A stretch of 64,000 nucleotides of DNA from Callorhinchus milii. Its lineage: Eukaryota. The DNA is taken from contig NW_024704742.1 in assembly GCF_018977255.1 (NCBI RefSeq), positions 115,756,001-115,820,000 of the forward strand. Reading direction: 5' to 3'. Below the pieces are notes generated by a model. It was not told the origin of the DNA and made no database searches. It worked only from the letters and a program-made list of their open reading frames with translations. Of this stretch, positions 23,960 to 37,545 are shown in pieces. Both the position numbers and the translations under genes were made by a program. Within the stretch, counting starts at the first letter, position 1. Each line of letters starts with the position of its first letter.

Positions 23960-25140
23960 TTGCAGAGCGAACACAATTAAAAATCAGACACCCGCCCGAA
24001 GCTGTTTTTTTTCCTCTCTCGCGAACAGAAACGAAACCCGCCCGATTGGGCGTGAACCCGCCCAACCCGCCCACACCGACGGCTGTCTGTTGGGCGTGCG
24101 GGCGGTCGGGCGGGCGCTCCTATTGTTATTGGCACAGACAGGGGCCGAGTTTGGTGCATGCGCCGTGGGGAGGTGCGCTCGCTCGGGCCGGACTGAGAGC
24201 GGCGGAGGAGGAGGAGGAGGAAGGAGTCGTTAATAGTTGTGGCTGTTTTTTTTTTCGGGAAGGCCCCTCCGCGCTCTCCCCCCCCTCCCCCCCCCCTCAC
24301 ACACACACATTATATACAGTTATATATATTATTATTATTGTTGTTGTTATTTTTATTGAAAGGCCTTTTTCTCCGGAGCTAAATCACTGTGGGTGGGGGG
24401 AGGGAGGAGGAGGGGGAAGATACACAGGACAGACAGACAGACCGACCGACCGACCGACCGACACGGCGGCTCCGCTCAGGGTCGCGGAGGCGGCGACGGT
24501 GGCGCCCGAGATGTCGTTCTTCGTGGACAGTTTCTGGGTAAGTCCTGAGAGCGAGCGGTCAGTCTGTGTGTGTGTGTGTGTGTGTGTGTTGAGTGTATGT
24601 CGTGTCCTTTCCCGGTCCCTTGTGTGAGGGGGGATTCGAGCTGACGGGCGCCCTGTGGGTTCGGCAGTTGATGACCGGAGTCTGGGGGGAGAGGGAGGCT
24701 GTGTGTGTGTGTGTGTGTGGGGGGGGGGGGAGATTACGCGAGTCCCCGGATCAGGCCCTGGCGTCCACGCCAGGCCACCGTGCAACCGAACTTGTACGAA
24801 GCAAGGACACGAAGGGGAGGGGGGGGGGGGGGAGAATGCGGGAGGCGCCCCGCCCCCCTCCGCTTCCATTGGTCGCGCCGCGCTCCGCGTGGGCCGTTTA
24901 TCGGGAATCCCCCTTTCTGATTGGCCGCTCGGCCCGTCCATCCGCGCTTCCCATTCTTCCGTAAACAAGTTAGTGTGACGGGGCCGCGGGTGAAGGGTTT
25001 CCAGGAGAGTTCTCTCTGCAATAAACAACCCCGAGAGGGGCGGCTTCAGCTCTGCTCAGCGCGGACCCTGATTTACATTGGGGAAGGAATTGAGATGGGT
25101 GGGGTTTTTTTTTCTTCTAAACCCCCGGCGGCCTCGGATT
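23960..25140. promoter_or_regulatory. CpG island / promoter and 5' UTR of the FCHO gene
   Basis: Sharp rise in GC and CpG; GC boxes (cccgccc) and inverted CCAAT (gattgg ~24044) upstream of exon 1; (GGA)n, (ACAG)n/(ACCG)n and (TG)n microsatellites. Confidence 0.85.
24511..24537 (+). CDS. FCHO2: F-BAR domain only protein, exon 1 (start codon)
   Basis: gagATG TCG TTC TTC GTG GAC AGT TTC TGG|gtaagt = MSFFVDSFW; FCHO2 vs FCHO1 orthology uncertain. Confidence 0.88.
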
Positions 25141-25350
25141 ACAAAAGAAAACCATCCATTCTCTCCGAATTCTCGCATTTTGCAAAAAAAATTAAAAAAA
25201 AAAAAAAAAATTGTGTGCACAGCAAAGGATGGAAGTTTGAGGAAGTCGAAGCAGACGGAGGTACTGGTGTTGTCAGCAAAACAAAATTGGGTGTTTCCCA
25301 TTTTCGGTGCAGTTGCTTCAGAAAAATGAGGTGGTTCCAAGAAAGGCTGC

Positions 25351-25415
25351 TGTACAATTGACTACATGTCTACAGACCAGATGTACAATTGACCACATGT
25401 CTACAGACCAGATGT
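25351..25415. repeat. 31-bp tandem duplication (2 copies)
   Basis: tgtacaattgac(t/c)acatgtctacagaccaga twice. Confidence 0.9.
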
Positions 25416-25758
25416 GCGGTCCAATCTGATGGACATTGTGTGACTAGACTGATGTGATGATGTCAGTCTCACTTGCCCACCTGTTGCTTCAGTTACTCGG
25501 CTATTAGGAAGTTGAAGGTAGCGATGCTTGTATTGTGTCATGGCAAGTCATATCTGGGATGTATTGACATTGAAACCCTCATACAACCCTTGATTTTGTT
25601 GTGCAGGAAGGTATAAGGTTAACAATGTCAACTTATCCTTCTTTGTGAGAACCATGGTGGTGGGAAATATCATGGCTTTCCGCAAGCGTCAGACACTCAG
25701 CTGATCAAAACATTACACGAGTACACACAATTCTTTTGATATATATCAAAATATATAT

Positions 25759-26076
25759 GGAGTCCCGTAGCTCAGTGGTTAGAGCACTCGCTTTGCAAGC
25801 GAGAGACCTGAGTTCAATTCCAGGCAGGTCAGGGCGAAACCTTGGGCAAGTTTCCTTACTCCACACAGAGCCTAATAATAATCCCTCCAAAAACCAAAAA
25901 CAATAATAAATTGGTCATTTTCAATCCACGACTGTTTGTGGGACATTGCTGTGCGCAATTGGCTGCCGCGTTCGCCCACAAATATACAGTCAATTCACTT
26001 TACAGTATGTTCTGTGAAGCGCTTTGGGACGTCCTCCCGACGTGAAAAGCGCTATATCAAATGCAAGGATTATTAT
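25759..26076 (+). mobile_element. Full-length young tRNA-derived SINE
   Basis: tRNA head, Deu-like body, L2-like tail; CpGs retained. Confidence 0.93.
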
Positions 26077-28324
26077 AGGATTATAATTATATATAAAGAA
26101 AACACTTTTTGGGAGCTAACTTGGTTTTAAGACAGTGTTAGGAGGGAACACAGTTCTAAGCTCCAACTCAATTTTGATAGACAATTGTTATGCGAATAAA
26201 CTGCTAGATTTGCTTTATGTTTCAAAGCAATGATAACGTTTCAGTGGTAAAGTTTTGTGACGTATCCTAAGTAATCAATTTATGTAGTCAGTTAGTCTAA
26301 GCCAATGTTTACTTTATATATATAATATATCAAAACACATTTTATTTATTAGTTTAATTTTTTTTGGTCAACTAAGTGTCTGACATATGCAGAAACCCAT
26401 TACTGTGACTGTAATGGAATGCATACTCTCTCCTTGGAAGGACGCACCCTGCTTATCTAATTTTCGGGTGTATTGGGTGCAAGTTGGCATGAGACAAGGC
26501 TTGGGCACCCTAAAGTGTGCATTAGGGTACTGCTGCAGTCAAACCATCTAAAACCGTACAGCTTGCCTTTGAAAGCACTGACTGGCAAACTTCCCAGTGC
26601 TTGTCTAGCCAGGTCCACCCCAACCATTACGGCTTTGACTAGGAGCTGAGTGAGAATAATTCCTATCTCCAGTGTATTAGTTTAAAGGAGCTGTCCAAAC
26701 AAATTACCTACTGTTGGAAGTAGAATAGCTTAAATACAGGTTTTGCTGCTGTACTACAGGTCTATATGTAAGTAAGTGTATATTAAAAATATGCCATACC
26801 AATCATTCTTTGAGGGCTAATTTAGTTTTGAAGCATTGTTGGGAGGGAGCACAGTCCTAATCTTCAAATATTTTTTCCTGGTGTAGTTTATACAAGGATG
26901 GGTGTCACAAGCTCAGTTCCGCACTTGTCGCCTGCTGGTGGGATCTAACCTTAACTTTTTTTAAATTTAAAAGAACTGCCCATCTCTACCATGAATGTTG
27001 AAGACATCAAGTGGAAAGAGTTAACGCAAGGTTTAATGTTTGCTTAAAAGCATTTAGGTCTGTTTATGCAAAACTACCCAGGACAGTTAATGTTTTTTTT
27101 AATTCAGTATTTGATTATCTTAATCCTATGTAATATAATATAGGATTAAGCGCCCCGGGACGCTACCCTACATGAAGGGTACTATATAAATGCAAGTTGT
27201 TGTTGTAACATCAGAGATTTGTAAATAAACATGTGGCAAATTTTGGAATGACAACAACTGGATCTTTATTTACCCTTAAATTGCAAAACATTGTGCACTG
27301 AGGAGCTATGGGGCATGAGCTCATTCACTTCAGTAAGTGATTTTGGAGCAATGGGATGAAGGTTATTAGCCCTGAAACTTCAAAGAATAAGGGTCAGAGT
27401 ACTTTAGATTTTTTTTAAAAAGGTGGGGAGAAAGTTCAAGGATTTAATTAAATATTAACTATGTGTAAGTTGCTACATCTTGAAATACAGAAGTGACGAA
27501 TGACACTTTCATAAGCCTGCTAGACTTTTGACTAATAAACGACTAATATGATGATGCAAACCAGCGATGGCTTTCATTTGTTTTAATGCGAGCTCTAAAT
27601 AATTTTACCACAACATTATATGTGTTTCTCTGTCACAGTAGTGAATTTGAACCAGTAATAACCCATCACATGCATTTTGTGTTACCCTTCTGTATTCTGA
27701 GCGATGTTCTATACAGTTGTAAAATCCAGATAACAATTAACAATAGAACTAGTTTAGTGTATTTTTTTGTAATTTAGCACAATTAAATCATTTCTAAAGC
27801 ATGTAACACGGTAGCTATTATCTACATGTGTGTAACTGGAATGTGAAAGTAAGATTTACATGTGTGTAATAATATAACCCATCAAATGTATTATTTCTAT
27901 ATTTACTCTGAGATTTTATATTTTAGAAGGTGCTACAGAAAATATCTAACCAGCCTCTGATTGAAGGTTAATGGCATGCTTTGGGCAAAGGAAGTCGGTA
28001 TAAAATAATTGCTGCACTACAGTCTTAGGAAGTATTTTTTCTATTTTGGCCTATGTGCATTAATTTAGATAACATTGTGATAAGTTTCCTGACTGCAGTT
28101 TGTATCAGATTGTTGGTACAAATATAACACTTAACATTTTTGAGAACCCCATTGGACAATTACCTTATGAAAATTGATATTAAAATGTTACACTGCTGAA
28201 AGTACAGGGATATGGGTAAGAAAACAAGTGTTGGGCAGAACACTGTTGTATTTTTCCCAATATGGAACTTGGGAACCATATGGAAACATAAACCAGTATG
28301 TTTCCAACTTCCAAAACGACTGTT

Positions 28325-28900
28325 CATGAGGCAAGGGAGGGGGCGAGGCTGAGGAACTGCAGGATGGAGTTCTAGAGGGTGGGGGCAGAGTGCCAGAAAG
28401 TAGCAGAAAGCCCGCCCGCCAATGGTGGGGTGGGTGAGGCGGAGGATGTGAAGCAGGCCGGAGCCCGCTGAGCGGACGGAGCGGGCAGAATGGTAGGGGG
28501 TTAGGAGGTCGCAGAGGTAGGGGGGAGCAAGTCCATGGAGGGCTTTGAAGGTGAGGACCAGGATCTTGAACTGTATCCTGTTTGTGATGGGAAGCCAGTG
28601 GAGTCGGGCAAAGATGGGGGTGATAGGGTTCACGGAGTCTGGTGTGGGAGAGGGCACGGGCTACAGAGTTCTGGATGATCTGCAGCCTATGGAGCGAGGA
28701 GTTGAGGAGACCGACAAGCAGGGAGTTTGCATAGTCAAGTCTGGATGTTATGAATGCATGTATGAGAGTTTTGGCGGCCTGTGGTGTGAGATAGTGGCGG
28801 AGCTCAGAGATGTTGCAGACGTGGGGGAAGGTAGAGCGTGTTATGGCACGGATGTGGGCTAAAAGGATAGTTGAAGGTCAAACAGGGTTCTGGACTGCCT
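28325..28900 (-). mobile_element. L2 3' fragment
   Basis: ORF PITPIFARLHWLPITNRIQFKILVLTFKALHGLAPPYL. Confidence 0.9.
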
Positions 28901-29277
28901 TAGTGATGCAGTCAGTTTATACATCTACTAAAGCGGAGGCAAAATACAAGAATCGATTAAATTATTCTGAAGCAAATGTAGAATGTATTGTAGAAATTAT
29001 AGGAGTAATTAATTGTATCGCACAAGAAGTATATTGTCTTGTTCATGCCATTATAGTAATTATTTGTAGCTGCACAGGTGTTAAATTATAATAATAATAC
29101 TTGCATTTGATATAGCACCTTATCATGTTTTTGAGACATTTCAAAGCACTTCATGTGAAAAACTGTATTGACTGTGTATTTTCTGGGTGAAATGCGGCAG
29201 TCAGTTGTGCACAATAATGCCGACAAACAGCCTTGGAGTGAGTAACCAATTTTATTTGGGCGATTGTTGACCAGGAC

Positions 29278-29705
29278 ATTGAGAACTCTGCAGCCCATGT
29301 CCTCTCCTGCACCAGGCTCCGTGATCCTATCACCCCCATCCTCACCCGACTCCACTGGAAGAGGATATAGTTCAAGATCCTGGTCCTCACCTTCAAAGCC
29401 CTCCATAGTCTTGCTCCCACCTACCTCTGCGACCTCCTAACCCCCTACCATCCTGCCCACTCCCTCTGCTCAACTGGCTCCGACTCATTTCACACTCTCC
29501 ATCTCGCTCGCCCCACTATTCGCAGGTGGGCCTTCTGCCACTCTGCCCCCACCCTCTGGAACTCCATCCTGCAGTCCCTCCGCTTCACCCCTCCTTTGCC
29601 TTCTTCAACACCCATCTCAGGACCCTCCTCTTCGACCGTCCAGCGCCTTGGGACGTCCTCCCGACATGAAAGGCACTATTCAAATGCAATTTTGTTGTTG
29701 TTGTA
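29278..29705 (+). mobile_element. L2 3' end
   Basis: L2 C-terminal sequence ending gggacgtcctcccgacatgaaaggcact...(ttg)n. Confidence 0.88.
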
Positions 29706-29709
29706 GTGA

Positions 29710-30040
29710 TGATGAGAGACAGCGGGAGACAGATTCTAAGGTAGATAGGGAGGGATGGGTAGGGGCCGGAGTATGAGGGGGAGATGGGATGGGAGTAGTA
29801 ATTGGAAGGGCAGAGGCAGCTGAGCTGATACCTTCGCTTTGGCTTTCGAAAAAGTCCAGCATCTCCTCACAGTTGGCGTTGGAGGAGAGGATGGGTGAGG
29901 TAGAAAAGGTGGGCGGAGGAGCCAGTTGGTGATGGAGAAGAGGAGCCTGGGCCTCCGAGACTGTCTTGGAGTAGAAGGATGATTTAGTGGAGCAGAGGGC
30001 GGTGAGATAGGTTTTGATGAAGTCCAGCCAGATCTCCCTG
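29710..30040 (-). mobile_element. L2 ORF2 internal fragment
   Basis: CEEMLDFFES motif shared with the 42-45 kb L2. Confidence 0.75.
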
Positions 30041-30802
30041 CAGTAGATTTAGAATTTGTTTTCTTTTGAAGGACTTGGTAGACTGCGTAGTAATCTAAGG
30101 TTTTACTTCTGTTATACTGTACTGATTTTAAAAAACTGGACCAATAATTCTCTCCTTTTTTTAAAAAAAAGTCTTATAGAACATCTGTGCTTTTTTATGC
30201 ATTTGAAATACCTAAGATTCTAGCTTTTAATTGGCATATTTCCAACATCTAATTCATTTGTTACACAGGCAATGCAGCAGCAGCTTCCAAGTTAACTAGT
30301 ATGTAAACTATGAGTAAAGCTTGATATTTCAGTGCAATTCCATCAATGAAGGTAATTCTAAGATGCAATTTGATTACAAACTTTTTTAAAAAAATCTGCA
30401 ATGTACCTTGTTTGTCTTACGTTTTAGCGGAGCAGTGTGCCTTGCTTATAAATTCAAGAAAAATGTTTTGACTGTTTTAATTTCAGTCAGAGTCATGCTA
30501 GCTACTTGATTAGATATTGTGTAACTGTTATGCATAAATAATGAAATATTTTGTTTAATTTTGTGCTGTACGCATACATTTTTCTGGTCTGTTTTTGATA
30601 ATCATTGAAAATTTAAAGTTTTCAAAAATTGTAACCTTCCATGTATAGTATTGAGAACCAATTTGGAGAATTAGGGATACAATCTAAATGCAAGCAAGAC
30701 TGTATACCCCATACTAGTGGTGACCAAGCTGTCGCCAGCAGGCTGGAAGTGAAACAGAGAAGCAGCCTCCTGAACATTTGCACAAGTCTAGTTAAGTCTG
30801 TG

Positions 30803-31035
30803 TTCCCCACCCTCTGGAACTCCAACCCGCAGTCCCTCCGCCTCGCCCCCTCCCTTGCCACCTTCAAGACCCATCTCAACACACTCTTCTTCGACCATGA
30901 TTTTGATCTCCCTGCTTCCCCCCCGCCTTCCACCCTCTCCAACCCCGACCCCAACTCGGGTCCGAAACTCTTGTCTGTCCAATGCCTTGGGACGTCCTCC
31001 CGACGTGAAAGGCTCTATACAAATGTAATTTTGTT
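30803..31035 (+). mobile_element. L2 3' tail
   Basis: PTLWNS.PQSLRLAPSLATFKTHL...; tail gggacgtcctcccgacgtgaaaggc. Confidence 0.88.
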
Positions 31036-32932
31036 TTTCTTGTTCCTGGAACTGTAACCTGGAAGAAATAAATGTGCCTCAAAGCAGAAGGGAGAAAATT
31101 GTAAAACTGAATTGCATGGCTCAGTGTCATGGGTGCATTTACTCATTGAAGCTGGAACTTGTTTGTTTTTAATTATCTGTCCACAGTACTAACGGCAGGA
31201 AACATTTTGTAGGGATTGGCCTTTACTCTGGCATGGTAGTTAATTTATTTTGTGATTCTGCAGAGTTTATTTCTTTGACAAGAGAAACGATTGCTGGCGT
31301 AGTGGTAATGATGTTTGTCAGGTACTCTGGGAACATGTTTTGTAGATGAATTAATTTTGAACTTGGAAGCCTTGTGGGATGCTTAAATTTCACACCGGCG
31401 ATAGTTGGCATAGATGGTTAAACCGTATCAAGATTTGCTTTCACCTTAGGCTGAAATGCTGGTTGGTGGTCAGCTGTTCAAAGAGCTTCTTCATTACAAA
31501 ATGTTTTGAACATTACTTCACTACTACTATTGCAGAGGCAATGTTATTGCATAAATTAGAGTCAGTATTGCAACAAGTCTCTTGGGGAAACGGATATCCA
31601 ATCTGAACATATTGAGCTTTGCTAGTTTACTGCCCGATAGGAAGGAAATTGGCCAGTTAAATGTACCTTCGCTGACTCATGTGCCAATTAGCTTGAGGAA
31701 TTGGTGGCTGATTAAGTCAAATGCCCACATTAAATTAAATTGGCATACTGTAGTCAGAAGTTCAATTTGCATCATATCCACTTCTGATTTAACTTTTATT
31801 TTAAACTGCCATGGTTTACTTTGTGACTGCCTGAGGATTTATGCAACTGGAGCTTTTACATTTGTTCATTGCTGATAGAGACCAGGGATATCTTAGCATG
31901 GTGAAGATGAAATATGGATCATTTATTACAACTGCTGAAGACTGATTTTAAGTATGATATATTGATATCACAATGGTAAGTGAAAACCCAGTAAAGGGTA
32001 ATAACTTTCTATTTACAGTGTAAGTTTGAGAGTTCAATACCTTAGCTTAGTCAGACAATAAATCATCAGCCTGCTGCTCTTGCATAAGCAGACTATTCAG
32101 ATACTCTCATCTGCCACCTTAAGAAATACTCCACTCGTTGCTGGAACAAAACAAGATGTTAAAAGGTCTGTGTTGTAACATGTAGTGTTGCATCTTTTTT
32201 GTTCTAAGTACTGTCATGGTGAAGTGCCACTCAGTCTTTTTCCATAGAAAGTGAAACAGCAGACATTCAACAACTTGCATTTATACATTGCCCTTCACAG
32301 GATAGCGTTTCAAAGTGCTTGACAGTGGCAGAACTTGATTTCAAGCTGGAGAGAGAGGGAGATGACAGTCACACTACTTTACAGTATATCCTGTGATGTG
32401 CTTTGGGATGCCTCGATGACCTAACAAGCCGCCATATCAAATACAAGGATTATTATTACTGTATTTATTATATTTGAAACAGCTGCTTTAAATATTTTTG
32501 GCTTTTGAATACCACTCCTTTAGTTGGGCATCTGGAGGTGATTGTCATTCATTTTTCCATTTGCTAAAAGCAGGTGAAAAGTTTAGACCAATTGACATTG
32601 AAGGTTGAGCTGAACTGGATTTAGTGGAACTCTGTTGTATGGATTATTTGCTGTCATTGTTGGTTATTTGCATCCGTGGTTGTATTTGTTCATCTTATGG
32701 ATCAAGCGGAGTGAAATAAATGGTCAATAATTCATTTACACCTTTTTGGCCCTGTGTTTATCCTGTCAAATGAAATTATAATAATAATCCTTGCATTTGA
32801 TATAGTGCTTTATTGCATCTTCTAGACATCTCAAAGTGCCTCACAGAATATACTGTAAAGTGAATTGACTGTATATTTTGTGGGCGAATTAGCATTGTAT
32901 TTAAAATTAGAAAGTAGAAATTTTTAAAAATG

Positions 32933-33252
32933 CTGTAGCTCAGTGGTTAGAGCACTTGCTTTGCAAGCGGGAGACCTGAGTTCAATTCCAGGCAGGTCAG
33001 GGCGAAACCTTGGGCAAGTTTCCTTACTCCACACAGAGCCTAATAATAATCCCTCCAAAACCAAAAGCAATAATAAATTGGTCATTTTCAATCTACGACT
33101 GTGTGTGGGACATTGCTGTGCGCAATTGGCTGCCGCGTTCGCCCACAAATATACAGTCAATTCACTTTACAGTATGTTCTGTGAAGCGCTTTGGGACGAC
33201 CTCCCGACGTGAAAAGCGCTATATCAAATGCAAGGATTATTATTATTATTAT
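32933..33252 (+). mobile_element. Young tRNA-derived SINE
   Basis: Near-identical to the 25759 copy, including the gcaggtcagggcg and cacacagagcc variants. Confidence 0.93.
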
Positions 33253-36200
33253 TAACCTTATATTTGTTGCCAAAAATCTGTAAATGTATTTGAAATTGAA
33301 AATTTAGATCTTTTATGATAGTTCTACCAATTTGACATCGTGCAAACCGGAAGTCTGGAGCATTATTTACTTGCCAAATGCTTTGTTATCAGTTGTCATG
33401 AATAAGTTCTGTTGTGAGTCTGACATAACTATCTATTGTGGTTCTGGTTTTAACGCAAATTCCGTCAGTGCATTCTAACTTCAGGTGCTGACTGCATCAA
33501 CTTGGATGGATGCTCACTCTATTCTTGGAGCCGGGCTCGTTCTCTCATCTCTGCAGTGTTGCCCATCTCTGCCACTATCTCTCCCCTCTGGACTGCCTGA
33601 AATTCTCACACACACTTTCATCACATCCAGACTTATCTATTCCAATGCTCTGCTCACAGTATTCCTCAGCTCGTCCCTACACCAGCTGCAGACCATCCAG
33701 AACTTTGCAGCCTGTGTTTTTTTTCTTTTCATTTGCCCACAAAATACACACAGTCACGCTACTTTACAGTACAACCTCTGAAGCGCTTTGAGATGTCTCT
33801 ACTACATGATAAGCTGCTATATCAAATGCAAGGATTATTATAATAGAACTGTTAGTAGATGTGCATCTGCAGTGGATTGATGGAAGCCTTGGTGCAGATT
33901 GCTAGCTCACCGTATGGTTGAAGGGACAAAACAAAGGACAAAACTAGACATTTCATTCAAACAACTAATCTTATAAGTTTACGAATGACCTGGTGCAGAC
34001 AATGTGCTCATAATGTGAAGAATATCATGACTCTTAAGAAAAACAATTGAAACTTTCCATGAAGCACATCCTGTTTTTAGCAACTGATGGAAAATCATTT
34101 CTTCTATTTAGCTGTGAAAGCCATTTGCTGTAACCTTTTCAGATAATTTTTTATTATATTAGTAACAAGATTGTGTGACTTGAAAAACTTCTTTAGCTCT
34201 GCAATTTTGAAGAAAGGAACAAAAGAACCAGAAAAGGGCAAAGTTTTTATCATCTCCAGGTTTGAATTTGCAGAAGGTTTGCTCACCCGACTGCTCAGCT
34301 CTTCCCTGAACTACTCTAACACCCTGCCGTCCTTGCCCAGTTCCATTGGTTCTCCATGCTCCAGCAGATCAAGTTCAAGATCCTTGTTCTCATGATCAAT
34401 CCCCCCATGATTTCCCCCCCCGCCCACCTTCAACCATACCGACAAGGCTGCTCCTTTCGTTCAGCAAAGGTTGGCCTGCTTCAAGTCTCCAGCCCTATCT
34501 GTTCTACCAACAGAGGGTGGTCCTTTCGCCATTCTACCCCTGCTCTATGAATCTCCATCCTGTCTGGCTCCCTCCCCTCGTTCAAACTCATCTCTAAAAG
34601 TATCTCTTTGCCTGCACTGTCAGTCATCTTTCATCTTCCCACTTACCCAGCTCAGGTCCCTAGCCAGAAGTGTCATGCACTTGGAGACATCCTAGTGACG
34701 TGAAATATGCAATATAAATGTATATTGTATTGTACAACAACCAATCTGAAGTGAATTTCTTACAATGAAGGATAGTTGAAATATCAATCATATTGAAATT
34801 TGGTGATATTGAAATTTTACAATAGCGAACATTCAAAAATGGAAGAGCTGGTCCAGGCATGCGTTACAGTTTGAAGTATAGTAATAAAAGTTAATACAGA
34901 ACTTTGTTATGCGTAGAGGGATGTAGTCTTTGCAAACAGCAAGAGGTCAATTAAGTGGCCAAGATGAGGGTCCAGTGGAATCTTTACCAGGTGCTGTTCT
35001 ACCCTGTAACGTCTACATAGGGTGAATTGGAGTTCAGTTTGGATTTTACTGTTGAACCTAACACCAATTAGGAGTCAACAGTAGAATCTGGGATTGCTTT
35101 AAGAGACCAATGTGTGATTAAATTTGTTCCATACTGCTCAGCAGTATGCTAACTACTATTATTTGACTGTGTTGCTCTTGAATGATTCACATTTAAACCA
35201 CTTCACAAGCAGTTAGTTTGCTGAATTCTCTCATGTGGGTATTTTCTAGGTGAAAATGAGGTGAGGAAAGATGCTTGTAACTGTTATCTCTGTGGTTAAT
35301 CTTATGCTCCCTCTATTTTCTGCTAAAACACTTTTAAGTGTGAACGTTCTGTTCATCTGAAATTATATCTGTAGATATTTATAGTAGGATCCCCAGTTCT
35401 AACTAGATGATCTCTTAAATTCTTAAGACTGAAGTGTTTTTAGACTAATGTGCTGGTCTAGATATTCAGGACCTGAATTTTTAAAAATAGTTTGTTGTGC
35501 TCCTCCAAGTGACTGATAGAACATTGAAATTTTGTTAATTTACATCATAATAATTAATATTAATTGCATTTAGTATAGAATCTTTCACGTCAAGCCGACA
35601 TTTCAAATTGCTTGTCAGGATATACTGTGAAGTGCAGTGATTGTGTATTTCTAAGCGAGTGTAGCAATCCATTTGTGGCACAGAAGTGAATAGTTAACAG
35701 CTATGAAGTGAATGAACAATTTTATTTGGAGGATTGTTGGTCAGGACTCCCTTCTATTTCCAGTAGTGCCATGAGATCCACCTGATAGGACCTCGGTTTA
35801 ATGTGTAATCTAAAGGTCAGCTCCTCCAACAATGCAACCTCCCCCCACCCCTCCCCAAAAGCAGCAGGACATTGGAGTCATCCTGGACGATGTGAGTCTG
35901 ATGGGGCTTCCGAATAAACATTTCCACCACAGGTGGACTGGATGTGAATCGATGCTTCCTGCTTCAAGAACATGTCTCAATCCCAACATTTAGAAGAGAA
36001 CCTGGAGAAATCAAATGTGATACAGCACTTTATATTCTACAATAGTACATGGCCTCTAAACTCCATGAATCAGACTGATAATTTTGAATTTTATCTTTTT
36101 CTAATGTTGTGGGAAGAAATTTTAAAGTTTCATAGTTGTGAACCATTTTTTCAAAGAATGTAAATGGAGAGCTTTCAATTTAATCAGAAGAACAATTCTG

Positions 36201-36526
36201 GAAGCAACCTATGTGAAAAATTAATCAGTGGATTAAAATGTACCTTTACTACTGTGCAAAAATCACTATTTAGTGATAAGGTTGAGTATATGAGTAGTAT
36301 AAATTGTGAAATGTATGCGTATTTGGTATCAGCCTGGCCCAATTGGTTGAACTACATTTGGCTCTTTTCCTCTAATCTATTTTAAAAACCCTTTTATCCC
36401 CCAAAAATAAAGGTCAGGAAGTAAGAACCATATCAAGCTACAATTTATCTTTCCAATGTATTCACTGTTGTAAGTTTAGGGACCTCTCAAAGTTCAAGTA
36501 TTAAATTTACTTATAATGTTTTTCAG

Positions 36527-36618
36527 GGGGATAAAAACAATGGCTTTGATGTCCTTTATCATAATATGAAACATGGACAAATATCAACTAAAGAGTTGGC
36601 AGACTTCATAAGAGAAAG
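36527..36618 (+). CDS. FCHO2: FCHO exon 2
   Basis: 92 nt, [34 protein letters not shown] boundaries. Confidence 0.95.
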
Positions 36619-37017
36619 GTATGTGACTCAGTTTCCACTATCATTTCTGGCACATTTCCACAATTGTATTGAATTAGTAGATATACAAATCTGAATAAAA
36701 TCATGTCTGGTATATCCAATTTATTTACTGTAATAAAATGCTTAAGGAAAGTCAGCTAAATGTCCTATATTAGCCTATAATGCAAAAGGCTATGTTAATT
36801 GTAATTACAGAAAAAATGTACATTTGTTTATTTAAATAATGGGTGTATTTTGTGCTTTGAAAAACTATTTTTGTTTCTTTCATGTGCACTGAAAGGAATA
36901 ATAACTATTCATGGTGTCCTTACATTTCCTTTACTTTTCCCCTCCAGAGGCCCACCATTGTAACTTCCTGTTGTGATGTGAATTAATAGAATTATTGTGG
37001 AGGATCAGAGATATTTA

Positions 37018-37120
37018 AATATTCACTAAGTGCTTTTGGAGAACGCTTATAGGTTACCTTCTTCCTGGCAATATTCACTAAGTACTTTTGGAGAACGCTT
37101 ATAGGTTACATTCTTCCTGC
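37018..37120. repeat. ~52-bp tandem duplication
   Basis: atattcactaagt(g/a)cttttggagaacgcttataggttac(c/a)ttcttcctg twice. Confidence 0.9.
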
Positions 37121-37213
37121 CATCGCAAACTTAATTATTTTCATATATCCAATTACAGTACTTTGAAGTAAAATAATGTGACCTGAGCTTAAGTACCATT
37201 ATCAGCATTAGTT

Positions 37214-37545
37214 ATAATAATAATAATAATAATATATAATAATCCTTGCATTTGATATAGCGCTTTTCACGTCGGGAGGACGTCCCAAAGCGCTTCACAG
37301 AATATACTGTAAAGTGAATTGACTGTATATTTGTGGGCGAACGCGGCAGCCAATTGCGCACAGCAATGTCCCACAAACAGTCATAGATTGAAAATGACCA
37401 ATTTATTATTGTTTTGGGTTTTTGGAGGGATTATTATTAGGCGTGTGGAGTAAGGAAACTTGCCCAAGGTTTCGCCCTGCCTGGAAATGAACCCAGGTGT
37501 CTTGCTTGCAAAGCAAGTGCTCTAACCACTGAGCTACAGGACTCC
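37214..37545 (-). mobile_element. Full-length young tRNA-derived SINE
   Basis: Reverse complement of the 21242 copy, with (TAA)n tail. Confidence 0.93.

Noticed and set aside
23886..25361. Many overlapping Gly/Pro/Arg-rich ORFs
   Set aside because: By-product of the GC-rich CpG island; only the 27-nt FCHO exon 1 CDS is supported
37495..37520. Apparent compensatory change in the SINE anticodon stem (cttgc/gcaag)
   Set aside because: Explained by CpG deamination on both strands, so it is not evidence of structural selection
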